From Candidatus Thorarchaeota archaeon (GTDB taxonomy: Archaea > Asgardarchaeota > Thorarchaeia > Thorarchaeales > Thorarchaeaceae): 64,000 bases of DNA. The first letter of the stretch is position 1. Every line of letters starts with the position of its first letter. Shown here piece after piece: positions 37,657 through 46,794 of the stretch. The position numbers and the translations under genes were made by a program. Where the stretch lies: positions 288,001-352,000 of the forward strand of contig DXJO01000010.1 of NCBI GenBank assembly GCA_019057475.1, read 5' to 3'. The notes beneath the pieces were generated by a model, which did no database searches, was not told the DNA's origin, and saw only the letters and a list, made by a program, of their open reading frames with translations.

Positions 37657-38589
37657 TCAATCTACACTTCCTTTTCGGTTGGCTGAGTCCATCCTTCGCC
37701 ACAGATATCTCCTTAGGTAGTCTGCGAAAACCCAGTTATCAATGTCACCTGTAAGCAGTAAACAGAAGGTTGCATCCCCTTTCCACTTGCCATGCTTCTT
37801 CCAATACGTTACGGCATCTGCCGGGTTTGGACACCAACCTCCCAGTTCCGCAGTGTATCCCATCACAGTTCTCAGAGCACCTATGAACTTAGACTGCCCA
37901 ATCCTAATTGGATGCAGATCGAACATAACAACGCCTCCGCTGGTGGAAGCATTCTTGATCTCACGCTTGAGCTGAGTAGCTACAGCTTCAGGTCCCATTC
38001 CATGACCATCAATCATTTTGTCGTCGCTCCAGATATTGAGCGGGATGTATGTGGTGCTTGACATCTTACCGTTCAGTTCCACATTGAAGAAGTGGTCTTT
38101 CTCTCGGTGTTCTGGCCTGTATCCGAATCCGCCGTCCCAAATGAAATCGAGGCGTTCAATCAATTCAGGCATATCATCAGTGTAGTTGTCATAGGGTGCC
38201 CTAAATCCCCTGATTTCGATACCCATCTTCCTGTAGACTTGGAGGCTCAGCATCAGGTCCTTTTTCCGTTCACTTGACGTCAATGTCGGATAACGGAGAT
38301 GGTTGTAGCCATGACTTGCTACTTCGTGGCCTTCAGCGACTATCTGTCGTACCAACTCTGGGCGCATTTTGGCAACTGCAGCCACGGTTGGAAAGCAGAA
38401 GTGCCCGTTGTGGTCGTCAAGCGCATCGAAGATGTTGCTGAGAATGTCGTCGAAGGGCACACGATGAAGACCATACATGCGGAGGAACTGCCTTGGAGCT
38501 CGTGTTCCCCATCGCTTTCTAAGCTGGCTGATGTACCGCATGCTCAAGTCAGGGACCTCAGATGCATGGTTCAGCTGGTTCGCTTTCAT
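37657..38589 (-). CDS. Polysaccharide deacetylase (NodB-fold) family protein
   Basis: GHEVASHGYNH, GFRAPY, FDLHP. Confidence 0.8.
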   Translation of the reverse strand: MKANQLNHASEVPDLSMRYISQLRKRWGTRAPRQFLRMYGLHRVPFDDILSNIFDALDDHNGHFCFPTVAAVAKMRPELVRQIVAEGHEVASHGYNHLRYPTLTSSERKKDLMLSLQVYRKMGIEIRGFRAPYDNYTDDMPELIERLDFIWDGGFGYRPEHREKDHFFNVELNGKMSSTTYIPLNIWSDDKMIDGHGMGPEAVATQLKREIKNASTSGGVVMFDLHPIRIGQSKFIGALRTVMGYTAELGGWCPNPADAVTYWKKHGKWKGDATFCLLLTGDIDNWVFADYLRRYLWRRMDSANRKGSVD

Positions 38590-38609
38590 AAGAGTTGTGC
38601 CGCACTAGC

Positions 38610-39530
38610 CTACGATCCCGTAACAAATGTTCTGCCAATCAAGTCAAAGAGCGGCTTTACGAACTGAGGTTCATACTTCGCTTGGACGTGTCTGCACAAC
38701 TTAACAAACTCCTCGAGTCGTGATTCAGCATCTTCTACGGTGCCCAGTATCTTTCTTGATCTCTTTACGATGTTTCGCACTCTGCCTTTGGCTTTCTTAT
38801 GCTCACCCAGGATACCCGCTGAGTCCTGTTCAATCCGTTGAATCTGACTCTTTAAGCGAATGTCTGCGATGTCATCACTGCCCAGCGATTTCACCATGTC
38901 CATCAGAACATCAAGAAGACCATTGTGAAGTCCTACCATTAGTGCCTCTATCTCATAGGCTGTGAATTTTACATCGTTTCCATCGTAGTTCAGCATCCAC
39001 TTCAGGTCACTGCTTCTTGTGACGCCCAGCTTTTTCTTCCCAATCACAATCGGTTCCAAGAAGAACCTGCTATCGACGCTATTCTGAATAGATGTCCTGA
39101 TTAATGCCGCTTCAGGCAAGGTTAGTGACAAAGATTTCCCGCCATTCTTAACAACCAAACAGACACCCGCCACAGGGGCTATTTTCTGAACATATTTCGA
39201 GGGCGGAGTAACCTCGACAGGAGGCAGGTTGTTTAGCATATCAGCAAGCTCACGCACCTCGCTCTCAGTGAGGAAGTAGGTCTGACCATCACCAGAAACT
39301 GTGATCGTGCCATCTTCGTCTCGCTCAAAGTCTATGCGATTTCCTCCTCCCACATCTGTAGTCTTCTTGTAGGTCTGCTTGTAATTTCGTGCAGTCTGTG
39401 CGAGCTTCTCAAGCGCAGCCGCAATCATATGAGCCTCTCCGTAACCGAGAGTGATCTCAGCACGTCCTTCTGTGCCTTTGCCTATTCCTACTGCTCCATC
39501 TTTGCGAATCTTTACATACAACGGGACCAA
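38610..39530 (-). CDS. Hypothetical protein with four internal beta-strand/helix repeats
   Basis: Repeats end in ITLGYGEAHMIA, FLTESEVRELA, LTLPEAALIR and FTAYEIEALM. Confidence 0.7.
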   Translation of the reverse strand: MVPLYVKIRKDGAVGIGKGTEGRAEITLGYGEAHMIAAALEKLAQTARNYKQTYKKTTDVGGGNRIDFERDEDGTITVSGDGQTYFLTESEVRELADMLNNLPPVEVTPPSKYVQKIAPVAGVCLVVKNGGKSLSLTLPEAALIRTSIQNSVDSRFFLEPIVIGKKKLGVTRSSDLKWMLNYDGNDVKFTAYEIEALMVGLHNGLLDVLMDMVKSLGSDDIADIRLKSQIQRIEQDSAGILGEHKKAKGRVRNIVKRSRKILGTVEDAESRLEEFVKLCRHVQAKYEPQFVKPLFDLIGRTFVTGS

Positions 39531-39631
39531 CCACCGCCCCTTACTGGTGGTGCAATGCTGAAAACTATTGTGGGGGTGGCCACCATGGCGCTTAAGTAGA
39601 GCGCTTCACATCAGGGCCTAGGTGGCATCAA

Positions 39632-41212
39632 TTGCGCAGGTCAATTAGTTTCTCCATCGCGTTTGTTCTCTTTCTGCTTCCCCTATTGCTGGGTCTTGTG
39701 GAAACGACAACTCCGAATCCGGCTGTATCTCTTGAGGGGTCATTCACTGAGGCAGCTCCCGCTCATTTCGTCAGGGGCCCCACTGTGAACTTGGTGACAA
39801 ACAGCTCGGCTCTGATCTTCTGGAGAACAGATGTACCCATGAACTCCACAGTAGACTACGGGTTGGAGGAATCGAACCCCAACCTAACTGTAAGTAACAG
39901 CACCGTTGTTGGGGACCACCGAATAACACTGACCGGTCTCGCTATGGGGTCCAAATACTACTATCAAGTGACATCTAATGGCACTGCCAGTGACGAGTAC
40001 CATTTCAGGACGGCTCCTGCGGATGGAGCTGAGTTCAAGATGATTGTGTTTGGCGATAACCGACCAGACACAGACACGGCACCAGTACAACCTCAGGAGT
40101 ATAGTGATCTTGTTGACTTGGTAATCGCAGAGGAACCACACATCGTGATAATGACCGGCGATTACGTGCTGATAGTCACTGAGAGCCACAGCTACAATCT
40201 TGACGCTTGGGAGCGTTTCACAAACATCACTGACCGACTTGGTCACTATGCACCAATCTACGGTGTGCTTGGCAATCATGATACAAGCGCCTACACCGGT
40301 ACTTTGCGTCTAGAGTACTTCTTTGATGCCTTTGAGATGTATAGCGAACCCTCACCCTACTCCTCCTTTGACTATGCTGGTGTCCATTTCACACTTCTCA
40401 ACTCCGAGGAGCAATACAACAATGGGCGCATAACTGGTACGCAGTACGACTGGCTGGTTGACGATTTGACCAATACATCGAGGAGCATGAAATTCGTATT
40501 TGCTCACCAGCCGCTCTATCCGTTGCAGCACATAAACAGTGCATTAGATAGGAATATGACCGAGATGATCCGACTTCAGCAGCTCTTTGAGGACATGAAT
40601 GTCACTCTCTTCGCCGCTGGACATGACCACCTCTTCAATAGATTGACGGTCAATGGTGTTGTTCACATAATTGCAGGCGGTGGCGGTGCACCGCTGTATC
40701 ACACTCCGTGGGGTGGTGCCTTCTTCCATTACCTCAAGGTTGACGTCAGTTCAGGCCAAGTGGACTTCACTGCCATTGATCTCTCGAGCGTTACAAGAGA
40801 ACAGTACCAGCTGCCCTACGATGGACCCATCGAGATTGAAGCTAGATTCCTCGCCAACAACACCTTGCAGAGGAACGGAACTCTGCCTATATTCTACTTC
40901 AGTGAGATTCCAGATGAGGTGCTCTACTCTTGGGATGGTGGCTCAAACTCTACAACTCTTACTGGGTTCCCAGACGAGCCTGATGCACACACTCTAGACG
41001 TGTATGCTAACGATTCTGAAGGTTCATGGAGCCATGAGCGATTCGTGTTCAACACGTACAATCCCGATTGGCCAACTCCTACAACGTCGACCAGCACTAC
41101 CGACACCGAAAGCCCTCCCCCTCCAATGGACGTCGTGTTAATCTTGGGCATCGTGGGCGTGGTTTCAGCCGTTGTAGTGGTTATTATCCTCATGCGGTTT
41201 AAACGGAAATAG
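39632..41212 (+). CDS. Secreted purple-acid-phosphatase-like metallophosphoesterase with FN3 domain and C-terminal TM
   Basis: FGDNR, TGDYV, GNHD, AHQP, AGHDH, Thr/Pro linker, TM + RFKRK. Confidence 0.88.
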   Translation: MRRSISFSIAFVLFLLPLLLGLVETTTPNPAVSLEGSFTEAAPAHFVRGPTVNLVTNSSALIFWRTDVPMNSTVDYGLEESNPNLTVSNSTVVGDHRITLTGLAMGSKYYYQVTSNGTASDEYHFRTAPADGAEFKMIVFGDNRPDTDTAPVQPQEYSDLVDLVIAEEPHIVIMTGDYVLIVTESHSYNLDAWERFTNITDRLGHYAPIYGVLGNHDTSAYTGTLRLEYFFDAFEMYSEPSPYSSFDYAGVHFTLLNSEEQYNNGRITGTQYDWLVDDLTNTSRSMKFVFAHQPLYPLQHINSALDRNMTEMIRLQQLFEDMNVTLFAAGHDHLFNRLTVNGVVHIIAGGGGAPLYHTPWGGAFFHYLKVDVSSGQVDFTAIDLSSVTREQYQLPYDGPIEIEARFLANNTLQRNGTLPIFYFSEIPDEVLYSWDGGSNSTTLTGFPDEPDAHTLDVYANDSEGSWSHERFVFNTYNPDWPTPTTSTSTTDTESPPPPMDVVLILGIVGVVSAVVVVIILMRFKRK

Positions 41213-41266
41213 CTGGCCGTGTATCGCTCAATCTGGGACTAACAGTTTCGGATGAGAAAACGATAA

Positions 41267-41291
41267 TGCAGAAGGTCACAGACCCTCTGCA
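41267..41291 (-). terminator. Hairpin 3' of the 41303-41662 gene
   Basis: Minus-strand UGCAGAGGGUC-UGU-GACCUUCUGCA. The G.U pair forms only on the minus strand. Confidence 0.5.
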
Positions 41292-41302
41292 AATGCATGA
41301 AT

Positions 41303-41662
41303 CTAGATTGCGTCTTTGACATCGAAGGCTAGTCTACCTGCCTCTTTGGTCACAAGCGCGATATCGATTGTGTGCTCTCCTTCAGGAAGAGAATCGGCTT
41401 TGATGTGTAGTGCAATCTCTACACCGACTTTGAGGGGCATAGCACTATCTTCACTGACATCTGTTGCCTTGTACTCGGAGTCCTCTATTTTGACCGTTAG
41501 TGAGTCTAGCGGATATTCAGTACCGTTCACCTTGATAGGTTCCATTGCGGTCACAGTACCTGGCGACAACGTGTTCTTGATTTTGAACACAAAGCCGTCG
41601 TCAACGTTCTCGAGACTACCCTTAAGGTAGAGCTTTCTTAGAAGAAATGTGGGAATCTGCAT
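41303..41662 (-). CDS. Conserved hypothetical beta-sandwich protein
   Basis: Clean ORF MQIPTFLLRKLYLKGSLEN..GFVFKIKNTL, beta-rich. Function unknown. Confidence 0.75.
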   Translation of the reverse strand: MQIPTFLLRKLYLKGSLENVDDGFVFKIKNTLSPGTVTAMEPIKVNGTEYPLDSLTVKIEDSEYKATDVSEDSAMPLKVGVEIALHIKADSLPEGEHTIDIALVTKEAGRLAFDVKDAI

Positions 41663-41870
41663 GATTGTCTAACCCCGTTGAGGTTCTGATTCTGGTCGAA
41701 TTGGAACGAGCCATTTATAGCTTTTGAACTGCCTTGACGGACGGCAATGTTTCTCAAAGCTGGTGAAGAGCTACCTGAATAGGGTCACAATGAATCTATG
41801 ATTCCAGCAAAGGTAATAAGCGAAAAAGGAGTCGAACACACAACCACTAGACGCCTTAGGAGAGTTTCAC

Positions 41871-42239
41871 TTGCAGTTTCCAGATTTCCCGTTTGATATA
41901 TTCGATTTCTTCGGTACATTCATGATTCTGATGCTCATCGTGCCACTGATCTTTTTCGTGGTAGTTGTGATTATCATGGTGAAGGTATGTAGGTCCAGCT
42001 CAGTCATATCGAAGGCAGTTGATAGCTTCGTTGTCGAGGCACCACACTTTGCGATTCCCGAGTATCAGAGAGGGAAAACGAGAACTGATGGCGCACAGAT
42101 AAAGACCGTGCGACTACCGACCACATGCCCTACCTGCGATGCAGCCATCTCCCAAGAGAAGATTGACTGGGTTGGCCCATTGGAGGCACAATGCAACTAC
42201 TGTGGAGCCACCGTCAGGGCGAAACTAGAGAGCATGTAG
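41871..42239 (+). CDS. Single-TM protein with C-terminal zinc ribbon
   Basis: Hydrophobic N-terminus, CPTC...CNYC. Confidence 0.75.
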   Translation: MQFPDFPFDIFDFFGTFMILMLIVPLIFFVVVVIIMVKVCRSSSVISKAVDSFVVEAPHFAIPEYQRGKTRTDGAQIKTVRLPTTCPTCDAAISQEKIDWVGPLEAQCNYCGATVRAKLESM

Positions 42240-42334
42240 GGCTGAAGATAACCAGTATTCATTCCCTTGCAGTGCAATCTCTCTCCATAAGATTCTATAG
42301 CCAGTCGAGTATGACTCACGCGAGGTCTTGACGA

Positions 42335-43378
42335 TTGAGAGGACTCATGAAAACAGCACGAGGCGTTGGCAACATCAAGATTCGTGATGTTCCTGTTCCC
42401 AAACCTACTGACGACGAGGTTCTCGTTGAAGTGGCCGCTGCCGGTATCTGTGGAACTGACATCCACATCAAACATGACCAGTCGTTTTACACGCCCCCTG
42501 TGATCTTGGGGCACGAGTACTCAGGCAAGGTCGTGGAAGTGGGTGCCGATGTTAATCTAGTGCGGGTGGGTGACCTAGTTGTATCCCCAGCCACTGCGTA
42601 TTGCGGGCAATGCTACCAGTGCAAGACGGGGCACATGAACAGATGCACCTTCAAGGACAGGCGGATTCTTGGTGTTTCGAAGGCCGACGGGGCCTTCGCT
42701 CAGTACTTGACCGTGCCTGAGTACATTATTCATCACATTCCGAAGGGCGTATCGATGGAGGCGGCGGCACTCGCTGAGCCAACCGCATGCGTAGTCCATG
42801 CCCTAGTCGAAAAGACACCCATCTGTGCTGGTGACATTGTTGTGGTGCAAGGACCTGGAACCATGGGTCTTCTTTCGGTTCAAGTCGCAAAGGCGATGGG
42901 CGCAGGAAAGGTCATTGTGACTGGCGTATCTTCAGACCGGTGGAGGCTCGATATTGCAGAGCAGACCGGGGCCGATGTAACAATCGATGTCCAATCGGAG
43001 TCCGACCCAGTGAAGGCAATCTTAGACCACTCAAACGGTCGCGGCGCAGACGTCGTAGTTGAAGCTTCAGGCGCGTGCATTGCTTGCGAACAGGCACTAG
43101 ATTTCGTGAAGGTTGCAGGCCACATCTCTCTGGTTGGAGTACGTGGCAGACCCGCCGAGGTCAATTTAGATTATATGATTGAGAAAGAGCTGACAATGAC
43201 AGGCACTTGGGGGACTCTTCCATCCTCATGGGTGACGACGCTCAGACTCATGGAAACAGGCAAAATCGATGTTCTTCCTCTCATCACCCATAGATTGTCC
43301 CTGGATGAATGGGAACGCGGATTTGAGCTCATGGAAACGCAGCAAGCAATCAAGGTTCTCTTCACCGATCTGAAGTAA
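42335..43378 (+). CDS. Zinc-dependent medium-chain dehydrogenase (threonine/sorbitol dehydrogenase-like)
   Basis: GICGTD, GHEYSG, CGQCYQC...C, GPGTMG. Confidence 0.92.
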   Translation: MRGLMKTARGVGNIKIRDVPVPKPTDDEVLVEVAAAGICGTDIHIKHDQSFYTPPVILGHEYSGKVVEVGADVNLVRVGDLVVSPATAYCGQCYQCKTGHMNRCTFKDRRILGVSKADGAFAQYLTVPEYIIHHIPKGVSMEAAALAEPTACVVHALVEKTPICAGDIVVVQGPGTMGLLSVQVAKAMGAGKVIVTGVSSDRWRLDIAEQTGADVTIDVQSESDPVKAILDHSNGRGADVVVEASGACIACEQALDFVKVAGHISLVGVRGRPAEVNLDYMIEKELTMTGTWGTLPSSWVTTLRLMETGKIDVLPLITHRLSLDEWERGFELMETQQAIKVLFTDLK

Positions 43379-43422
43379 ACTCCTAGTCCGATGTGATTGT
43401 CGATTCTGTGCAGGTAATTTCC

Positions 43423-43770
43423 CTAGCGCCTAGGCTTCCACCTATCAAGAGCATCTTGGACAACAGCAACATGTGATGCCGCAGGGCCTCCACCCATGAC
43501 AATGGCGACTGCACATGCCTCCATTATCTCTTCTCTCGTGACTCCGGCGGCAATGGCTTGCTTAGTATGATACACCATGCAGGACTTACAGGGCGCCAGC
43601 ACTGACGCAACAATGCAGATTATCTCCTTAAACTTGGCAGACAGGGCACCGTCAACATGAACTGTTTTTAGAAGGTCAGAAAACGCGTTCCTAGTATCAG
43701 GGATATCCCTGTTCAAAGCTCCAAAGTGCTTCATGAAATCCTTGAGTATCTTCTCGACATCCTCTGGCAT
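43423..43770 (-). CDS. Carboxymuconolactone decarboxylase/AhpD family protein
   Basis: DGALSAKFKEII, CKSCMVYH, AGVTREEI, MGGGPA. Confidence 0.88.
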   Translation of the reverse strand: MPEDVEKILKDFMKHFGALNRDIPDTRNAFSDLLKTVHVDGALSAKFKEIICIVASVLAPCKSCMVYHTKQAIAAGVTREEIMEACAVAIVMGGGPAASHVAVVQDALDRWKPRR

Positions 43771-43799
43771 TATTTGGGGTCTCCTCACCGATCAATTGT

Positions 43800-44597
43800 C
43801 TATCTTGGGGCGGGTATCCCCAAGTTCCACTCATCGAGGCTGTAGCGGCTCTGATATAAAACCTCTGCAGTGTTTACCTCCGTCTGGGTCAGGTTTCCGG
43901 ATTCCACGTTCTCACCTGAGAATGTGGCTACGCTCCTAACAATGGCTGCCCTAATTTCAACATCCGAAGGTCTTGAACTAACCTCCGCAGAGATGTTTGT
44001 CACTACGTCCCTCTTACTCAGCTTGCATCTGATTCTCGTTCGGTTTCTCAAGTATTTCGTTTGGCCAGTTGGTGCATCTAAGGACCTCTCGAGGGTGTTG
44101 ATGTTTGCGTCAATCAAGAGTGTGCCATGAAGAAAGGATACTCCCCGCTTTATCCATCCTGCGGTTCCTGTGACCTTTTTCTTTCCGATTCTAAGGCATG
44201 AACTTTCCGCATCGTATGCAACGGGTATTCCTATCTCACGGAGTCCGTTTGCGATGCTGCCAACAAAGCCTTGGTACAACTTCTTCAAACTCCTGGGAAC
44301 ATACGGCTTGCGCTGGTCCGCACAAATGGTGAAGTTCAGGTTACCACTGCCATGATATACTGCTCCTCCTCCGGTGAAACGCCTCGCAATTCGAATGCCC
44401 TCTTTCTGGCAGTACTCTAAATCCACTTCCTTGTGCACGCACTGAAATCTGCCAATAACTACGGATTTGTCTGATTGCCATAGGCGGAGCGTGTTGGTTT
44501 TCTCGACCGAATCCGCATTTACTCTGGCAAGCGACTCCTCTATCGATAGGTTGCGATAGATGTCCAGTTCTTCGTCTTCTATCACTCGCCAGACCAT
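43800..44597 (-). CDS. lplA: Lipoate-protein ligase A family protein
   Basis: IGRFQ, RRFTGGGAVYH, KKVTGTA, HGTLL. Lies near the E2 gene. Confidence 0.9.
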   Translation of the reverse strand: MVWRVIEDEELDIYRNLSIEESLARVNADSVEKTNTLRLWQSDKSVVIGRFQCVHKEVDLEYCQKEGIRIARRFTGGGAVYHGSGNLNFTICADQRKPYVPRSLKKLYQGFVGSIANGLREIGIPVAYDAESSCLRIGKKKVTGTAGWIKRGVSFLHGTLLIDANINTLERSLDAPTGQTKYLRNRTRIRCKLSKRDVVTNISAEVSSRPSDVEIRAAIVRSVATFSGENVESGNLTQTEVNTAEVLYQSRYSLDEWNLGIPAPR

Positions 44598-44685
44598 GAT
44601 ACGACCAACATCACTTCTTAGTCAGAGCAGAACGAAATCTGGAAGCCTGCATCGAACTTAACACTTTGGCACAACGAGAATGAAT

Positions 44686-44811
44686 GCCGGTGGTGGAGGT
44701 CACCACCGGCTGGTGAGCCTCGGAGGAGAGAAACCTATCGGAGGCTCGGAACAGATGTCGTTTTCGAGGCGTGACGCAGAGAGGTAGTCTGCGCCGGAAG
44801 TTGAACCCTCG
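44686..44811 (-). ncRNA. Candidate structured RNA with three hairpins carrying pyrimidine-rich CCUC loops
   Basis: Stems at 44686-44710, 44715-44747 and 44773-44795; TTTAAA box at about 44820-44825. Confidence 0.35.
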
Positions 44812-44883
44812 CTGAATGATTTAAAGTCCGATAATTCCTTACACCTGCAGGTTTCCCAACTCGCGCCTGAAGGATAAGTTCAA

Positions 44884-45120
44884 GTGAAAACGCTTCAGCT
44901 TGAAATCGACACGAAACCACTTAGGCACGCAAAAACGGGGATTGAATGTGAGAACTGCGGGGGGACCGACTGGGTCCTCACAATCTATGAGATGCGAGTA
45001 ATGGGTAGAACAATCACGTATTCTGCCTTGAAGTGTAAGGGTTTCGGGATGACTTACCCTCTACAAGAATTGGGCAAGAACGTGAATAAAGAAACTGTTG
45101 TTTCAACGCTTCGTCAGTGA
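44884..45120 (+). CDS. Small zinc-ribbon-like protein
   Basis: CENC...CKGF; the fourth Cys is replaced by Phe. Confidence 0.55.
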   Translation: MKTLQLEIDTKPLRHAKTGIECENCGGTDWVLTIYEMRVMGRTITYSALKCKGFGMTYPLQELGKNVNKETVVSTLRQ

Positions 45121-45136
45121 CTGCCTGCTCGACGAA

Positions 45137-45460
45137 CTAACTGAACGGGGTCGCACACTCATGGCAGTAGCTTGACCCGGGCCGTGTCTTGGCACCACAG
45201 CTTGGACAACGTCTGGGCACTCGAGATGCTCCCCTTCGGGGGCTCAGAACGAATCTACCACTACTCCTGATGTTCCGCAAGCCGATTTTGTCAGCATAGA
45301 ACTCTGTGTAGCCACATTCCGAACATGTGAACGTCTCCAATGTGGCGGTGGATAATCCTGGAAGATCAACTCTGATGTGATGGCCATCTCCCCCATGCAC
45401 CCTATGTGGTCCCGCAATTCGTTTACCTCCGCACTTTGGGCATGTCCTTGACTTAATCAT
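45137..45460 (-). CDS. Double zinc-ribbon protein
   Basis: CPKC, CSECGYTEFY, CPSC, CHEC. Confidence 0.8.
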   Translation of the reverse strand: MIKSRTCPKCGGKRIAGPHRVHGGDGHHIRVDLPGLSTATLETFTCSECGYTEFYADKIGLRNIRSSGRFVLSPRRGASRVPRRCPSCGAKTRPGSSYCHECATPFS

Positions 45461-45563
45461 CTTGACACCTCATATTCACTCCAAGCTCAGGAATTATCTA
45501 CTTTCCCTCGCCCTCCATGCTGTATGTGCGCATGAAAGGTCATAACCCTTTTGATTGCTTTGT

Positions 45564-46784
45564 CTAGATTTTCATGAAGAAGGGACTCTCAAGTACATCC
45601 TTAAGGGCGGCAAGGAACTGACCTGCAGGCACACCATCTAGCACTCTATGGTCCACGGCACAGCTGGCCATCATCATGCTCCTTACAGTAATTATATCAT
45701 CTATCACTACTGGCTTCTTCTTGACCTGTCCAAGCGCCAAGATTGCGCTCTCGGGTGGATTGATTACCGGGATAAATAGGTCAACTCCGAATGACCCCAG
45801 GTTCGAAACAGTGAATGTGCTTTCAGCCAGGTCTTCAGGCTCCAATGCACTCTCTTTTACCTTCTTTCCAAGAGCCCTTATTTCCTGAGCAATCTGTGTG
45901 AATGACTTCTTGTTGGCCGCTTTCACTGTTGGGACAATAAGTCCATCTTCAGTAGCCATAGCAACTCCGATGTTTATGTCAGAGAACATACGAAATTCAT
46001 TTCCAACAAGCGTGGCGTTGAATCTAGGGAACTTCTCAAGGGTGTCTGCAACTGCCTTTACAATGATATCGTTGAAAGAAACCCTGAATCCGAGCTTCTT
46101 CTGAACCTTCTTGTTTATCTCTTCTCTGAGAGCAACGGCCTCGCTCATGTCAATCTCAGTGATCATGGTGATGTGAGGGTGCTGCCAGCTCTGAGTCATT
46201 CTGCGAGCTATGGTTCTTCTCAGGGGCGTCAGTGTTTTTGTCCCGCGCACCTTTCTTGAATCTTTTATCGTCATTGCAGCTGGTTGTGCTACGATGTCAT
46301 TCTCTACGATTCTCCCTCCAGGTCCAGTTCCTATGATAGGGGACAAGTCTACTCCAAGTTCCTTGGCTTTTTTCTTTGCTCTGGGCGAAGCCTTGATTCT
46401 TCCGCTAGGCAATCTTGTTTCTGTAGCTTGAACTTCTTGTGGACCCGCCGTTTTAATCGGGGTTGCCTTTGCGGGCACTGGCCATGCGGGAGCAACTAGC
46501 GCGGGTTCATTGAGTTTCTTGGGTCTGGTGTCAGGTATCTTCTCGCCCTTCTTACCGATGAATGCGATGGGTTCGCTGATGGGGATCTCGTCATTCACGT
46601 CACAGAGTATCTTCAGTATGACGCCATCGGCGGGAGCCTCCAATTCAAACTCATTCTTCTCCCCAAATATCTCGACCACTAGGTCACCTTTCTTGACTGC
46701 ATCACCCTCTTTCTTGAGCCACTTCAGAATGACTCCATACTCCATGGCGACGCTCATGCGTTGCATGATCATAGTAGTGACCAT
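45564..46784 (-). CDS. pdhC: 2-oxoacid/acetoin dehydrogenase E2 (dihydrolipoamide acyltransferase)
   Basis: Lipoyl domain (EIFGEK), ASPRAKK...GTGPGGRI, FTVSNLG, DHRVLDG. Start set at MVTTM. Confidence 0.88.
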   Translation of the reverse strand: MVTTMIMQRMSVAMEYGVILKWLKKEGDAVKKGDLVVEIFGEKNEFELEAPADGVILKILCDVNDEIPISEPIAFIGKKGEKIPDTRPKKLNEPALVAPAWPVPAKATPIKTAGPQEVQATETRLPSGRIKASPRAKKKAKELGVDLSPIIGTGPGGRIVENDIVAQPAAMTIKDSRKVRGTKTLTPLRRTIARRMTQSWQHPHITMITEIDMSEAVALREEINKKVQKKLGFRVSFNDIIVKAVADTLEKFPRFNATLVGNEFRMFSDINIGVAMATEDGLIVPTVKAANKKSFTQIAQEIRALGKKVKESALEPEDLAESTFTVSNLGSFGVDLFIPVINPPESAILALGQVKKKPVVIDDIITVRSMMMASCAVDHRVLDGVPAGQFLAALKDVLESPFFMKI

Positions 46785-46794
46785 AGGTTTCACC

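Noticed and set aside
44679-44720. AUGA followed by a stem as a eukaryote-like SECIS element
   Set aside because: There is no apical AA, no matching 3' GA quartet, and no selenoprotein gene upstream on that strand.
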